From the NCBI GenBank assembly GCA_046757165.1, contig JBHHXT010000017.1:1-49202 (forward strand): a stretch of DNA of 49,202 nucleotides. Reading direction: 5' to 3'. This document shows, one piece after another, positions 9,724 to 21,600 of this stretch; position 1 is the stretch's first letter; the number at the start of each line of letters is the position of its first letter. Both the position numbers and the translations under genes were made by a program. Under the pieces are notes generated by a model. The model ran no database searches. It was not told the origin of the DNA and saw nothing but the letters and a program-made list of their open reading frames with translations. Origin of the DNA: a bacterium (lineage in GTDB: Bacteria > Zhuqueibacterota > Zhuqueibacteria > Oceanimicrobiales > Oceanimicrobiaceae).

Positions 9724-10833
9724 ATGGTAGACATAAATCTCATCGGCGATGATAAGACCGGGGAAGAAGAACGCGTAGAAGAGTTCACGCAGACTTCCAG
9801 CATGGATACCCAGGAGTTGGCGTTTGAAGAAAGAACGGAAACGTTTGATACGACCAAGACGGCAGGCTTTGCGCAGAAAAGAAGTTACTCCTCTTTGATC
9901 GCAACACTTATCATCATGGCAGTCATTGTGCTTTTGGGTGGCGCCGTCTACTTCTTTATGTTCAGCGGTGACAATGCAGACCAGCCGGATATTCCAGCGT
10001 TTGCGCCGGAATCGCAGGACGTGATCGAACCGGTCCCGGTTGAGGAAGATGAGCTGGCGCAATTTGAGCGAGAATTCGCCGACCAGTTGGCGAGTGAAGA
10101 CGAACCTGCCAGCACCGAGCAGCCGGATATTCCGGTACAACCTGTTTCTCCATCACCGCAGCCGCAATTACCGGCGGCCTCAGCTCCACCGCCGCAGAAG
10201 CCGGAGAGGTCCACCGTCGATCCGGTGGCGGCCAGGTTTGTTATCAGCTCGCGAGAGGCCATTCAATCGGTCACGAATCTGTTGTCCTCAGTTCCATCTG
10301 ATCTAAGCACGACGCTGCTCTCATACACGGGGCAGAGAGTCCGAATCGAGTTCGTTGCACGCACCGCCTCTAGCGTGACAAATTTTACCAACCGGCTGAA
10401 TCAAGTTTGGGGCACCGGCAGTTTTGCGGTCGTTTCCCAAAGCCAGGTTGACGCCAACGGGGGCTTTCTTGAAAAGGTGTTAGTCTCTGGTCGGGTCACC
10501 AACCCGGCCTCAACTTCTGCCAATGGCAGTGTTCGATTCCTGAATCTCGCTCAGGCTCGCGACTGGCTCAACAAAACGGCACAGCAGTACGGCATCAGCG
10601 TGCGAGAACTCAGAACGCAATCGGGTACATTCGTCGGTGGCTACCAGAAGATACCGATGCTAGCGCGCGTCCTGGGGAGCCAATCGGCCATTGTCGGCTT
10701 TCTGCAAGAAATATCAAATCAGTCCGTCAACATGGAATTGATTAAGATTCTTCTGGTTTCGCCTGACATGGTGAACTTCAGCGACGACAATTTGATCCTG
10801 GTCCTCAACATGATTCTCTATGAACAGTCATGA
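9724..10833 (+). CDS. PilN-like protein, apparently fused to a PilO-like domain
   Basis: MVDINLIG (PilN INLL motif), one TM, acidic/Pro-rich linker, two ferredoxin-like segments; directly after pilM. Confidence 0.55.
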   Translation: MVDINLIGDDKTGEEERVEEFTQTSSMDTQELAFEERTETFDTTKTAGFAQKRSYSSLIATLIIMAVIVLLGGAVYFFMFSGDNADQPDIPAFAPESQDVIEPVPVEEDELAQFEREFADQLASEDEPASTEQPDIPVQPVSPSPQPQLPAASAPPPQKPERSTVDPVAARFVISSREAIQSVTNLLSSVPSDLSTTLLSYTGQRVRIEFVARTASSVTNFTNRLNQVWGTGSFAVVSQSQVDANGGFLEKVLVSGRVTNPASTSANGSVRFLNLAQARDWLNKTAQQYGISVRELRTQSGTFVGGYQKIPMLARVLGSQSAIVGFLQEISNQSVNMELIKILLVSPDMVNFSDDNLILVLNMILYEQS

Positions 10834-10851
10834 AACGCGTTCAGCTCACTC

Positions 10852-11403
10852 ATGCGCGTGATTGCAGGCAAAAAGAAGGGGCTAAAACTTGTCGCTTTTG
10901 ACAATTGCGTTATTCGACCGACTTCCGACCGAACAAAGGAGTTGATCTTCAATGTGCTAAGGGGGGATGTGTCAGGAGCTCACATACTGGATGTTTTTGC
11001 CGGCACCGGAAGCCTGGGAATCGAAGCCTTGAGCCGTGGCGCGGTCAAGGCTATTTTTATTGAGAACAACCGGATAGCACAACGAATCTTACAGCGCAAC
11101 CTCGAGAAGACGGGATTTTCAGATCGCAGTGAGCTTGTTCGGGTGGCCGTCAGGCCGGGGTTGCGCAGGCTGCACAAAGAGCGGTTGAAGTTTGACGTGA
11201 TTCTGGCAGATCCTCCATACAATGGGAACCTGGCAGTCGAGACCCTCGCCCTGGTACGCCGATTCGAGCTCTTGGCTGAACACGGCTGGCTGGTCATCGA
11301 GCACAGCATTAGAAAGGATCATCTGGATCCAGATGGGCATTATGTGTTGCGGTCCTGGAAAAAACAAGGAGAGTCAGTCGTCTCTTTCTTTCAATATGAA
11401 TAA
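10852..11403 (+). CDS. rsmD: 16S rRNA m2G966 methyltransferase RsmD
   Basis: MRVIAG, RPTSDR.KE..FN, LDVFAGTGSLGIEALSRGA, ADPPY. Confidence 0.93.
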   Translation: MRVIAGKKKGLKLVAFDNCVIRPTSDRTKELIFNVLRGDVSGAHILDVFAGTGSLGIEALSRGAVKAIFIENNRIAQRILQRNLEKTGFSDRSELVRVAVRPGLRRLHKERLKFDVILADPPYNGNLAVETLALVRRFELLAEHGWLVIEHSIRKDHLDPDGHYVLRSWKKQGESVVSFFQYE

Positions 11404-11890
11404 CGATGCTAAAATCGCGATCTATCCCGGCACCTTCGACCCGATCACAAATGGCCATCTGGATATCATACAGCGCGCAGTCAATCTGTTCGATAACGTG
11501 ATTGTGGCCGTCACCACCAATCCGGCAAAGCGTCCCTTGTTTACTGTCAAAGAGCGCGTGAAGATGATCCGTGAGGCGACCTCAAAGTTGGGGGCTGTCT
11601 CGGTCGAGGGCTTCGATGGGCTGCTGATGGATTATGCTAATAAGAGGCAGGCGCAGGTGATTGTCAGAGGTTTGAGAGCGATCACGGATTTTGAGTACGA
11701 GTTTCAGATGGCCCTGGTCAACCGCAAACTGGCCGGGAACATCGTGACGGTCTTCTTAATGCCAAATGAGAAATACACGTATCTGAATTCGACCATCGTG
11801 AAAGAGGTCGCCAAGTTCAACGGCGACGTCAGCTCCTTTGTTTCACCAGAGGTCCATGCTTTATTGAAGGCGAAGTTTGACAGCGCATGA
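11396..11890 (+). CDS. coaD: Phosphopantetheine adenylyltransferase
   Basis: [30 protein letters not shown] 11396 overlaps the rsmD end. Confidence 0.96.
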   Translation: MNNDAKIAIYPGTFDPITNGHLDIIQRAVNLFDNVIVAVTTNPAKRPLFTVKERVKMIREATSKLGAVSVEGFDGLLMDYANKRQAQVIVRGLRAITDFEYEFQMALVNRKLAGNIVTVFLMPNEKYTYLNSTIVKEVAKFNGDVSSFVSPEVHALLKAKFDSA

Positions 11891-12861
11891 GATTTATCGA
11901 TCAGATACACGAAAAAGCAGGAAAGGTCAGGAAGCACATCGTTTTTCCGGAAGGTTTGGAACCACGAGTCTTGCGGGCCGTTGAATGTCTGCACACAAGG
12001 CGACTGGTCAATTGTGTCCTGCTTGGGAATGAGGGTGAGATCAGGACGTTGGCTGCTGAGCAAGAGATTGCTCTTGGAGCGGTTGAAATAATCGACCCGG
12101 CTCGGAGCAACCGCCTGACCGAATACTGTAACATATATATGGAGCAGAGAAAAGGCAAGATCTCGTCTGGCGAGCAAGCGTCTCAGATCCTATGCAATCC
12201 GCTCTTTTTCGGTGCGATGATGGTGCGTCAGGGCTGGTGTGACGGCGTCGTCGCTGGCAGTGTCACCACCACCAGCGATGTGCTCAGAGCCGCCCTTCAA
12301 GTCATCGGTACTGCACCTGATTGTTCTTTGGTCTCGAGTACCTTTGAAATGCTTTTGCCGGATGGGCGCGTGTTTACTTACGCGGACTGTGCGGTGGTGC
12401 CGAATCCGGATGCTGAGCAACTTGCCGACATCGCGATCGCATCGGCAAACACGCATCTTCGGTTGACCGGCGAGGCGCCTGTTGTGGCGCTGCTTTCATT
12501 TTCCACCAAAGGGAGCGCGCGCCACGAGAGAGTCGAGAAGGTGCAACAGGCGGTGGAGATCGTGCGCACGAAGGTGCCGGACCTGAAAGTTGACGGTGAG
12601 CTTCAGGTCGATGCGGCCCTCGAGCCGTCAATCGCTCGGACAAAGGCCCCCGACAGTGCTGTTGCTGGCCGCGCTAATGTCCTGATCTTCCCGGACCTGG
12701 ACGCGGGTAATATCGCCTATAAATTAACAGAGCGTCTGGCGGGCGCGCAGGCTGTAGGTCCAATTCTACAGGGATTGGCAAGGCCCATGAATGACCTGTC
12801 ACGCGGGTGTACCTGGCGAGACATTGTCGATGTCGCCTGTATTTGTTCACTGATGAATTGA
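11887..12861 (+). CDS. pta: Phosphate acetyltransferase
   Basis: [52 protein letters not shown]. Confidence 0.93.
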   Translation: MRFIDQIHEKAGKVRKHIVFPEGLEPRVLRAVECLHTRRLVNCVLLGNEGEIRTLAAEQEIALGAVEIIDPARSNRLTEYCNIYMEQRKGKISSGEQASQILCNPLFFGAMMVRQGWCDGVVAGSVTTTSDVLRAALQVIGTAPDCSLVSSTFEMLLPDGRVFTYADCAVVPNPDAEQLADIAIASANTHLRLTGEAPVVALLSFSTKGSARHERVEKVQQAVEIVRTKVPDLKVDGELQVDAALEPSIARTKAPDSAVAGRANVLIFPDLDAGNIAYKLTERLAGAQAVGPILQGLARPMNDLSRGCTWRDIVDVACICSLMN

Positions 12862-12882
12862 TGAAACCGTATGAGGAGCAGT

Positions 12883-14076
12883 ATGACATTTGCCCGGCGA
12901 GTTGACCAGATTCAACCCTCGCAGACTCTGGGTATCAGCGCGCTGGTTGAGTCCCTGCGACGGGAGGGCAAAAGTGTCATCGGTCTCGGTGCTGGTGAGC
13001 CCGATTTCGACACGCCGCAAATCGTCAAGGAAGCCGCGATCTGCGCGATCGAGGAGGGATTCACGAAATACACTCCCGTCTCAGGGACACTCGAGCTCAA
13101 GGAAGCGATTTGCGAAAAATATCAGAAACAGCACGAGTACGAGGTGTCGCCGGCAGAAGTGCTCGTTGCCTGTGGGGCGAAACATGCTCTGGCGAATGTG
13201 CTGCTGGCGCTGTGTCAGCCGGGCGATGAAGTCATCATTCCGGCGCCGTACTGGACAAGCTACATCGAATTGACCCGGTTTGTGGGCGCGAGACCGGTGG
13301 TTTTGGAGACCGATGAAACGACGGAGTTCAAGATGACGCCTGCTCAGTTGGCCAGCGCCATCACGCCTCAGACCAAAGTCCTCCTCCTGAACACTCCCTG
13401 CAACCCGACGGGCAGCGTCTACCACCGTTCAGAGTTGAGCGACCTGGCGGACGTGTGCAAGCAGCATCCCTTCCATGTCATCTTTGATGAGATCTATGAA
13501 AAAATCGTGTATGACGGCAGCGAGCACGTCAGCCTGGCGGGCTTTCCGGAACTGCGCGAGCGTCTGATTTTGATAAACGGCGTGTCGAAGACCTTTGCCA
13601 TGACCGGCTGGCGCCTTGGCTACGTGATTGCGCCGCAAGCGCTTATCAAGGCGTGCAGCAAGATACAAAGCCACACAACCTCCAATCCGTGCTCGATCTC
13701 GCAAAAGGCCGGCATTGCGGCCTTACGCGCTGAGTCCAGAATTGTCGAACAAATGGTGCAGGAATTCGACCGGAGACGCGTGTTTTTGACCAACCAGATG
13801 AACGAAATGCCCGGTATTCGGTGCCTGCTACCGAAGGGCGCGTTTTACACCTTTGCAAATGTGAGCGAGTATTTGGACATAGAGGTTGAGGACAGGCGGA
13901 TTGCCAGTCCCATGGGCCTCTGTGCCTATCTCCTGGAAGAAGAGGGCGTGGCGGTCGTACCGGGCGAGGCCTTTGGCTCCAGCCAACACGTGCGTATCTC
14001 GTATGCCACCTCCATGGGGAACTTAGAGGAAGCCGTGCTTCGCTTGAATCGCGCCTTTGCAAGACTCCGGGGCTGA
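12883..14076 (+). CDS. Class I PLP-dependent (aspartate) aminotransferase
   Basis: GAGEPDFDTP, NTPCNPTG, DEIYE, GVSKTFAMTGWRLG, RISYA. Confidence 0.92.
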   Translation: MTFARRVDQIQPSQTLGISALVESLRREGKSVIGLGAGEPDFDTPQIVKEAAICAIEEGFTKYTPVSGTLELKEAICEKYQKQHEYEVSPAEVLVACGAKHALANVLLALCQPGDEVIIPAPYWTSYIELTRFVGARPVVLETDETTEFKMTPAQLASAITPQTKVLLLNTPCNPTGSVYHRSELSDLADVCKQHPFHVIFDEIYEKIVYDGSEHVSLAGFPELRERLILINGVSKTFAMTGWRLGYVIAPQALIKACSKIQSHTTSNPCSISQKAGIAALRAESRIVEQMVQEFDRRRVFLTNQMNEMPGIRCLLPKGAFYTFANVSEYLDIEVEDRRIASPMGLCAYLLEEEGVAVVPGEAFGSSQHVRISYATSMGNLEEAVLRLNRAFARLRG

Positions 14077-14222
14077 GAGGCAGGGTGCGCCGGCATTATC
14101 CGAATTGGAATTGTGAAGTTAATTTTATAAGCTAATATTTTTTCTGCGTATACAGGCATAGTAGATAGGTAACTCCTAATGACCTTTTTTGCAACTTGAA
14201 TCAACCAACTCAGAGTACAGAT

Positions 14223-15347
14223 ATGGAGAATCTAGGATTAAACAAAGATGTGTCGGTCGGTCGGCGCACATTTCATGTCGAGACGAATTTCTTGAATTCC
14301 GCCGGGCTTATTGTTTCCAATACGTTTCTCGATGGTCAGGTGATCGATTCAAAAGAGGTCTCTGTTCGCGCCGGTCTGCCTGATCAGGAAGTCGGCGCTC
14401 TGCTCAACGAAGTGCATCAGCAGACCATCACCGACATGGAGATTCTCTATTACATCGATGAGAAGGTCAAAACCGTTCGGCACGCATCCTCAGCCAACAA
14501 GCTGGGATTACTGTTTTTGCAAAAAAACCTATACCGGGAGTCCATCGAACAATTCAATCTGGCGCTTGAAATCGACCCGGGATTGTCCGAGGTGTTGGCC
14601 AATCTCGGCAAAGCCCTGCTCATGACCGATTCGCTTGATGAGGCGATTGAAGTTTTGGAGCGAGGTACACAGCAAGCTCCGCAGTATGCGGATATTCAAA
14701 ACTACCTGGGCATCGCCTATCTCTACAAAGAAGATTTCGATCCCGCGGTTTTGCACCTGCAAGAAGCGATCAGTCTGAACTCGAACTATATCGGGGCCTA
14801 CTACCATCTTGGCATGGCGCTTCTGGCCAAATCTGTCACGCGGACAGGCACGCCCCAGCCAGGCTCTGAGGAAACGCGGCAGAGAGCCATTGATTACCTG
14901 GCCAAAGCAGCGGAGCGAATGGTGAATCGCCAGATTGCTAATTTCGATGCTGTTATGACCAAAGTCGACAATCAGGCCTATGAAGATGCGGTGAATGAGT
15001 TCTTGCTCAGCAAACCCAAAGAAGTGCTGACCCACTTCCTGGACATAGAAAATGAATTCTACTTGAAATTCATGTATGGGGGCAAAGGCAAGGATGACGC
15101 ATTCATCGCAGAGTATGTCAACAAGCTTCGCGAGTTGATCGCCAAGCATCCGGCCTATGCGGATATCCACAACAACATGGGTATCGCTAACTTGATTCAG
15201 TGCCGCAATCTGTTCTTAAAGGCGCTGGAGGAATTCCGTGCCGCGCTCAAGATCAATCCGAGGTTCAAGAAGGCAGAGAAAAACCTCAAGCTGGCAGAAA
15301 ACGATGGCAAAGGCTTTCTGATCTTGCTGCGAGCGATTCTGAAATAG
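14223..15347 (+). CDS. TPR-repeat protein with a small N-terminal beta-rich domain
   Basis: Multiple TPRs (NKLG, ANLG, PQYADIQNYLG, PAYADIHNNMG); no signal peptide; start 14196 or 14223. Confidence 0.8.
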   Translation: MENLGLNKDVSVGRRTFHVETNFLNSAGLIVSNTFLDGQVIDSKEVSVRAGLPDQEVGALLNEVHQQTITDMEILYYIDEKVKTVRHASSANKLGLLFLQKNLYRESIEQFNLALEIDPGLSEVLANLGKALLMTDSLDEAIEVLERGTQQAPQYADIQNYLGIAYLYKEDFDPAVLHLQEAISLNSNYIGAYYHLGMALLAKSVTRTGTPQPGSEETRQRAIDYLAKAAERMVNRQIANFDAVMTKVDNQAYEDAVNEFLLSKPKEVLTHFLDIENEFYLKFMYGGKGKDDAFIAEYVNKLRELIAKHPAYADIHNNMGIANLIQCRNLFLKALEEFRAALKINPRFKKAEKNLKLAENDGKGFLILLRAILK

Positions 15348-15351
15348 CGTC

Positions 15352-15368
15352 CTGGTATAGTTTTTGCA
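15352..15368 (+). promoter_or_regulatory. sigma-54 (-24/-12) promoter candidate
   Basis: CTGGTATAGTTTTTGCA: GG-N10-GC with TGGYA and TTGCA flanks. Confidence 0.6.
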
Positions 15369-15613
15369 AAAATGAAAGAATTCTTTTCTTGTGACTATAA
15401 CTAGATGGCGCTCGTGTCAAAACATGAAACATAGACAATATCGTGATACACAGACTGCCCCTACTTTAGTTCCTTTTGCGTTCCTGACGTTTACGCTTCT
15501 CCTCTTTGATCCAACACCAATAAATGTCAGCTTTCTTACATTAAATATCAGCAGATAGCATAACAGAGGGAGTTGGGTTCACAAAGATTGCGATCTTTGT
15601 TGCAACATTTTGG

Positions 15614-18600
15614 ATGGACGTTTTGATGATGAATCGGAGAGTCTATTTTCTTGCCGGATTGTTCGTGCTGTTCCTGAGCGCAGCATCCTTTGCCTCTACT
15701 GTGACTCCGGCAAACAGTACGGCCGGGGCGACCACGACGTATACCGTCGACTTTACGTTAACGGCTTTGGACAATCTGCCCGCTGACGGCTCCATAACCA
15801 TTACCTTTGGCAGTCTCGAGTATGATCTAACCGGGACCTTGACGGCAACGTCGCCCGATATCTCAGGCGGGTTCTTGGCGGCCACGCCTGGCGGCGGACA
15901 GTCCGTCACCTTCGTGCGGGACAGCACCGGCGCAGCTCTGCTCGGCGGCAACACGTATACGATTGTCTTTGGCAATGTGACCAATCCAACCACGGCGCAG
16001 TCCTATACGTTGACGGTAACGACCAGCGGCGGAAGCACGGACCCCAGCAGCTCCTACTCGATTACTGCAGACCAGTTGGACCATTTCACTGTTTCCGACC
16101 CCACGCCGTTCACACCAACCGCGGGCGTCAACTTTAGCGTGACGGTAGCGGCTTTCGACCAGTTCAACAACGCCACCGCCTTCAATGGCACGGTCAATTT
16201 GAGCGACAACACCACCACCTTGACGCCGACGAGTGTTGCGATGGCGGGCGTCTCCGTGGATGTGACAAATGCTCGCATCACCAAGGCCCAAAGTGGCGTT
16301 CAAATAACAGCCTCCGAAAGTGGGGGAGCCAGCGGCATATCCAGTGCCTTCACCGTGGATCCTGCGCCGTTGGACCATTTCACGGTCTCGGATCCAACCC
16401 CGGCCACTCCCACCGCGGGAGAAGACTTCACTTTCACGGTGGCGGCGTTTGACGAATTCAACAATGCCAGGACCTTCAGTGGCACGGTGAGCTTGACGGA
16501 TAACACCACGACACTGACACCGACCAGCGTGGCCATGGCCGGGACCTCTGTTTCGATCACCAATGGCCAAATTACGCAAGCGCAATCAGGGATTCAGATT
16601 ACGGCCTCAGAAGCCGGAGGGGCAACGGGAACCTCCAACTCCTTCACGGTGGTGGCTGCAGATATTGCGACCTTTGATTTGAGCGATCCCGGCACGCAGG
16701 AGGCCGGCGTTACCTTCAACGTGACCGTCTCGAACGCCCGCGATAGCTTTGGCAACCTGGCCTCCGGAACGATTGCGATTGATTTCAACGATAGCGATTC
16801 TCATCAGGTGCCAAACGGGGAGTCGCCTGTTTTGGCGGATATCGCGGTCGCCAACGGTTCTGGCACGGAAGCACAGCTTCTGTACTTGCGGGAATCCGGC
16901 GTCGTCTTGCTCGGCACCGTTGCCGCCACCTCTGCTACGGATAGCACACAGCCTTTCAGCGTCAACGCCGGCCTAATTCAAAATTTCTCCTTCCGCGATC
17001 CGGGTGCGCAGACCGCGGGCGTCGGATTCATTCTCACGGTGGAAAATGCCCGGGATGGCTTCAACAATCCTGCTGATGGCACGGTCGAAGTCAGCTTTTT
17101 CGACGCCGGCACCCATATCGCACCTGACGGTACGGCGCCAACCTTGCGAAACATCCTCGTTGGGAATGGATCCGGCAGCAACACGCAGGACTTGTTCCGG
17201 GCGGAAACCGGCCTCCTGCTGAGCGGTTCGGTGACCGCCACCGGGGCGTCGGATGATACACAGGCTTTTGATGTCACCGCCGCTACCCTCGCCGGTTTTA
17301 CGTTAGATACCCCGGGCACCCAAACTGCCGGCACAGAATTTACCCTATCCGTCTCCAACGCGGTTGACGCCTATGAAAATCCGGCGTCGGGGACCGTGCA
17401 GGTGAGCTTTAAAGACCAGCAACCCCATCTTGCGCCAAATCAAATTCCTCCGACGTTGCGGGATATCGCTGTCTCGGCAGGCGCCGGCAGCGCCATGCAA
17501 ACGTTGGTACTGGAGGAAAACAACGTGCAGCTCCGCGGCGACGCCGGCAATAGCGTCATCGACGACACCGGTAATTTCAATGTCACGGCGGGCAATTTGG
17601 CCGCGATTCAGATTCAAGTGGGGACGGCGGCCGGGGATACCACGGCTGTCGGTAACCAGAATCTGACGACGGGCAGCACATTGGCAATGCATGCTTCAGG
17701 GTTTGACATTTATGAGAACCATCGCGGCAGCGAAAGCGTGACCTGGGTGCTTGTTGGTACGAATATTGGCTCTTTGAATCCGGCAAGCGGTCCGAGCACC
17801 ACCTTGACGGCCACCACCCCGGGCACGGCCATTATTCAGGCAACCGAGACGAATTCCGGCCTGATCGATTTTACGGGCGCCATCGAGGTCAGCCTGGGTA
17901 ACGTGGTCAAGATCAGAATTCGCACCGCACCGAATAACGGCGGCAAGGAATTTGGTGACTCGACCCTGACCGCCGACGAAACCATGACTTTTTACGCCGC
18001 CGGCTACGACAACGAGGACAACTATATCAATGATTTCAGTGTTGACTGGCGCTCGCTCGGCGGACTGGAAAACATAAGTGGCAATAGCGGTAGGAGTTTC
18101 ACCTTCAGTCCAACCCTGATCGGGAGCGGACAGATTGTCGCAGACCATACCACTGCGACCGATGACACGACAGGCACGATTACGGTCACGCCTGGTTTGC
18201 CGGCCGGCACGGTGAATCTGACCCCCAGTGCGACGACCTTAGCGCCAACGGATACTTCACGAATAATATCATCACCGATAACCGATTCAGAAGGAAACCT
18301 GGTTGGGCCTGGAAGAGAGTTTGATGTGCAACTGGTCAATGGCCCCTTTGGCACCATCATAACCACGGATGCCAACCCGGGCAAAGCAGGGCATCAAATC
18401 AACACCGATGATAATAGCCAACTGGCTTTTGTTTTTCAAGCCGGAAATGAGGGCGGCACGCAGAATATCGTTGTGAGTAGTGTCGGCGGCGCGACCGGGA
18501 ACACCTCGATCACCATCGGCAGTTTGCGCATTCTCCGGGTTGAGAATGCGCCCGAGTTCGTGAGTCGGGGGCAGAGCGGGGTCACCAACCTTCAGATGAC

Positions 18601-21600
18601 AGTGGAAAATCTCAGTCCGTCATCGGCTACGAACCTGGCTCCTCAGTTGACGTTTAGCGGGGCGGGCCTTAGCTTTCAGCGCAAGGATTCTTTTACGGAC
18701 ATCCCTCCTGCTCCCGGGACACGCACGTTCACGTTTGATGTGGACGTGCTTCCTAATGCTGACTTAGGCTTGGTTACCATTGATGGCCTAATCAACGCGG
18801 AGATCAATAATACGCCTGTCTCTGCTCAAGGGGCTGTGACGCCGGACAGCGTGACCGTCCAGGATACGGCCCGGGTGAGTGTCGTCAGCGTGACAACCAC
18901 GCCGGACACGGTTGTGCAAGGCCGGCCGCCGGTAGATGTTACCGTCAGAGTCTCCAATCCCGCGCCCGCAGGGGTGTCTGCTGCCGCGGTACTCGACAAC
19001 ATCCAGTTGAAATTCACGCTCATAAAGGACGGCAGCGACAAAACCAACGAGTTTGTCGTGGTCGAAAAAGGAGGCATTCCCTCCACCATTGCTGCTGGCG
19101 CGACGGCGGATGTTGGTTTCACGGTCAGCGTGCGTGCCTCAGCAGATAGCGGGCAATACATTCTGGACGCCAACGCGTTTGGTCACGATATTAATTCTTC
19201 CGCCTTGACGATTCGAGACACGGATGGGGCATCGACCACCGATACCTGGTATGTAAAGGGCGCTGCCAGCCTGGAGATTTTGTCTCTGACTCCGATTCCG
19301 CAACCGGCCGTCCGCGCGGAACAGCCTACCGAATGGCGAGTGAGGATGCAGATTGAAAACAGCAGCCCGGACGACATCGACATCGATTTTAACAGTGTCA
19401 ACACCTACGTGAGATTTCGAATCGGAGCAAATGATGTGACCGGGGAGTACACCATCATCAATCCGGACTCTCTGAAGAACGCGGGAACGAATCGCCTGGC
19501 GAGTGGCGCCACAGACACGCTCGATTTCAGAATCGTCCAAACCGGATTCACGACGGGCACGGCGACCATACTGGGCAGTGTCGAAGGGATTGTCGTGGGC
19601 TCCGGCAGTCGCATTTCAGATGACACCAGCGATGACATCGGTCTGGGCTCTGTTCAGATCAACCCGGCCGACGCATCGGTTTTTGTGTTGACCACCAGTC
19701 CGCACACCTCTGTGCCGAATGCTTCTCCAGAAGTTGGGGTTGTGAACACAAACCAGGGTTTTAAGATAACGGTTGTCGTGATCAATGATCTGCCTGAGCC
19801 GGTGGACACGGTGGTTGTCAAGTTGAGCAGCAGCGTCAACAGCGGGGGCTCCACGATTTTGACGCCCCAGGATACGATTGCTTCCATTCCAGCCAATTCT
19901 AGCGGCTCTATCGATTTTGACATCATCGCTGCAGGTACTGCCAATCCTACTCAAGGGGAAACGTTTACGGCAGAGGTCTTGAACGCCACGGGCCAGCACA
20001 GCCGCCAGCCAGCGCCTATCGGTTCGCCGACAGACAACAACGTCCTTTTTCGCATCCAGGATCCCGCTGACTTGGTGGTGTCTTTGAGTATGGATACGGT
20101 TCAAACGGCGAACGATACGTTCGAGGTGTCGGCGACGGTCACGAACCTGGGGCAAGCAGATATCGACAATGCGGGACGTCTGGTGCTGACGGTGCCGGCC
20201 AGTTATCTTCTTGTCCCAGGCTCTGTTAACCCAGCCGCCTTTTCGTTGGACAACCCGGTGACGTGGGAGGTCATCGCTCCTGCCAGTGAAACCGTTAGCG
20301 ATACGTTCATCGTCAATATCAGCCAGGTCCCTAACGATGTCAACATCGCCGGCTTTGCGCAAGTCACGCGGGGCGTTGACTCGGTGCAAATCCGCACCTC
20401 GGACATTGGTCTTGCGATCGACGAGTTTCGAATCGTGTCGCCGGCCGGCGCGTTGGATGATACGCTCTCGAGTGAGCAAGAGTTTGCGGTGCAGGCCAAC
20501 ATCACCCGTACCGCCAGCATCGATTCTGTTCGTGCGACCTTGCAGCCTCCACCCGGCATTTCGCTGGCGCCGGGATTTACGAAGCTGACTAAGAGTTTGG
20601 GACCGGGCGTTACGAGCGCGAGTTGGAACCTGAAGGTCGCCGCAAACCAAACCGGGCAATCGACGCTAACGGTGCAGATGGTCGCCTTTGACCGCGGCGA
20701 AATCGCGGCCCAAACCTCGGCCAATATTGTGATTGAAACGGTCTTGAAGGGAAGGCTCCAGTTTGTTAGCTTCAGGTCAAACTTGCAGGGAAATCGTGCC
20801 TCGGTCAACCAGCAATTTCAACTTACCGCCGAGATCAGGAATTTCGGTGGCGCAGGCGTCACCCCCGGCCGCATTCGTCTAAACCAGGGGAATTCCGGCA
20901 TCATCAATCTGGATGCGGATGAAAGAACGTTTGATCCGGATGAGAATGTCGAGGTCGTTTGGAATGTACGGGCGCCGGCCACCCCAACCGCACGCGCCAC
21001 GATCACGGCGCGAATCGAGGAAATTCCAAAAGACGAGAACTCTGGACAGGAGGCCGCGCCCGCGACCCTCGAGCTGCCCCTTGAAGTCGAGACGGGTGAA
21101 TTTGGCGCCGCCACCATCAACAAGATATCGGTGCTATCCCCTCCGGGCGCTCAGGACGGCGTGATCTCAACCAACCAGCAGCTTACGGTCGAGGCAGAGG
21201 TGGGCTGGAATGATTTGGTGCAATTACAGGCTCAGATTAGCTGGGGGGATGCGGGCTATACCGTCCTGAACGGGACGCGAACCAAGAATATCACCCAGGG
21301 TCCCGTCACGACCGTACAGTGGGAATTGCGGGCCTCGCCAAACGCTGTTACGCAACACCATATCAAGGTCGAGGTGTTTGGAAATGATGCCAGCTCGGGT
21401 CAGCCGGTCAATGCTGTGCCCGATTCGATTCAGTCTACGGTCGTGGAGCGGGCAGACCTGACCCTGGTGGCTTCGATTTCGAGTCCTCCCTCTGCAATCG
21501 ACCGCATATTGACCGTGGGTCAGCAGTTTACCATCACCGCAGAGCTACAAAATACCGGCGCGGCCGGCCTGATTGGCGAAGACAATTTGAGGATCGAGCT

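Noticed and set aside
11887..12861. pta without an adjacent ackA
   Set aside because: Unlinked pta and ackA are common; this cannot be judged from one window
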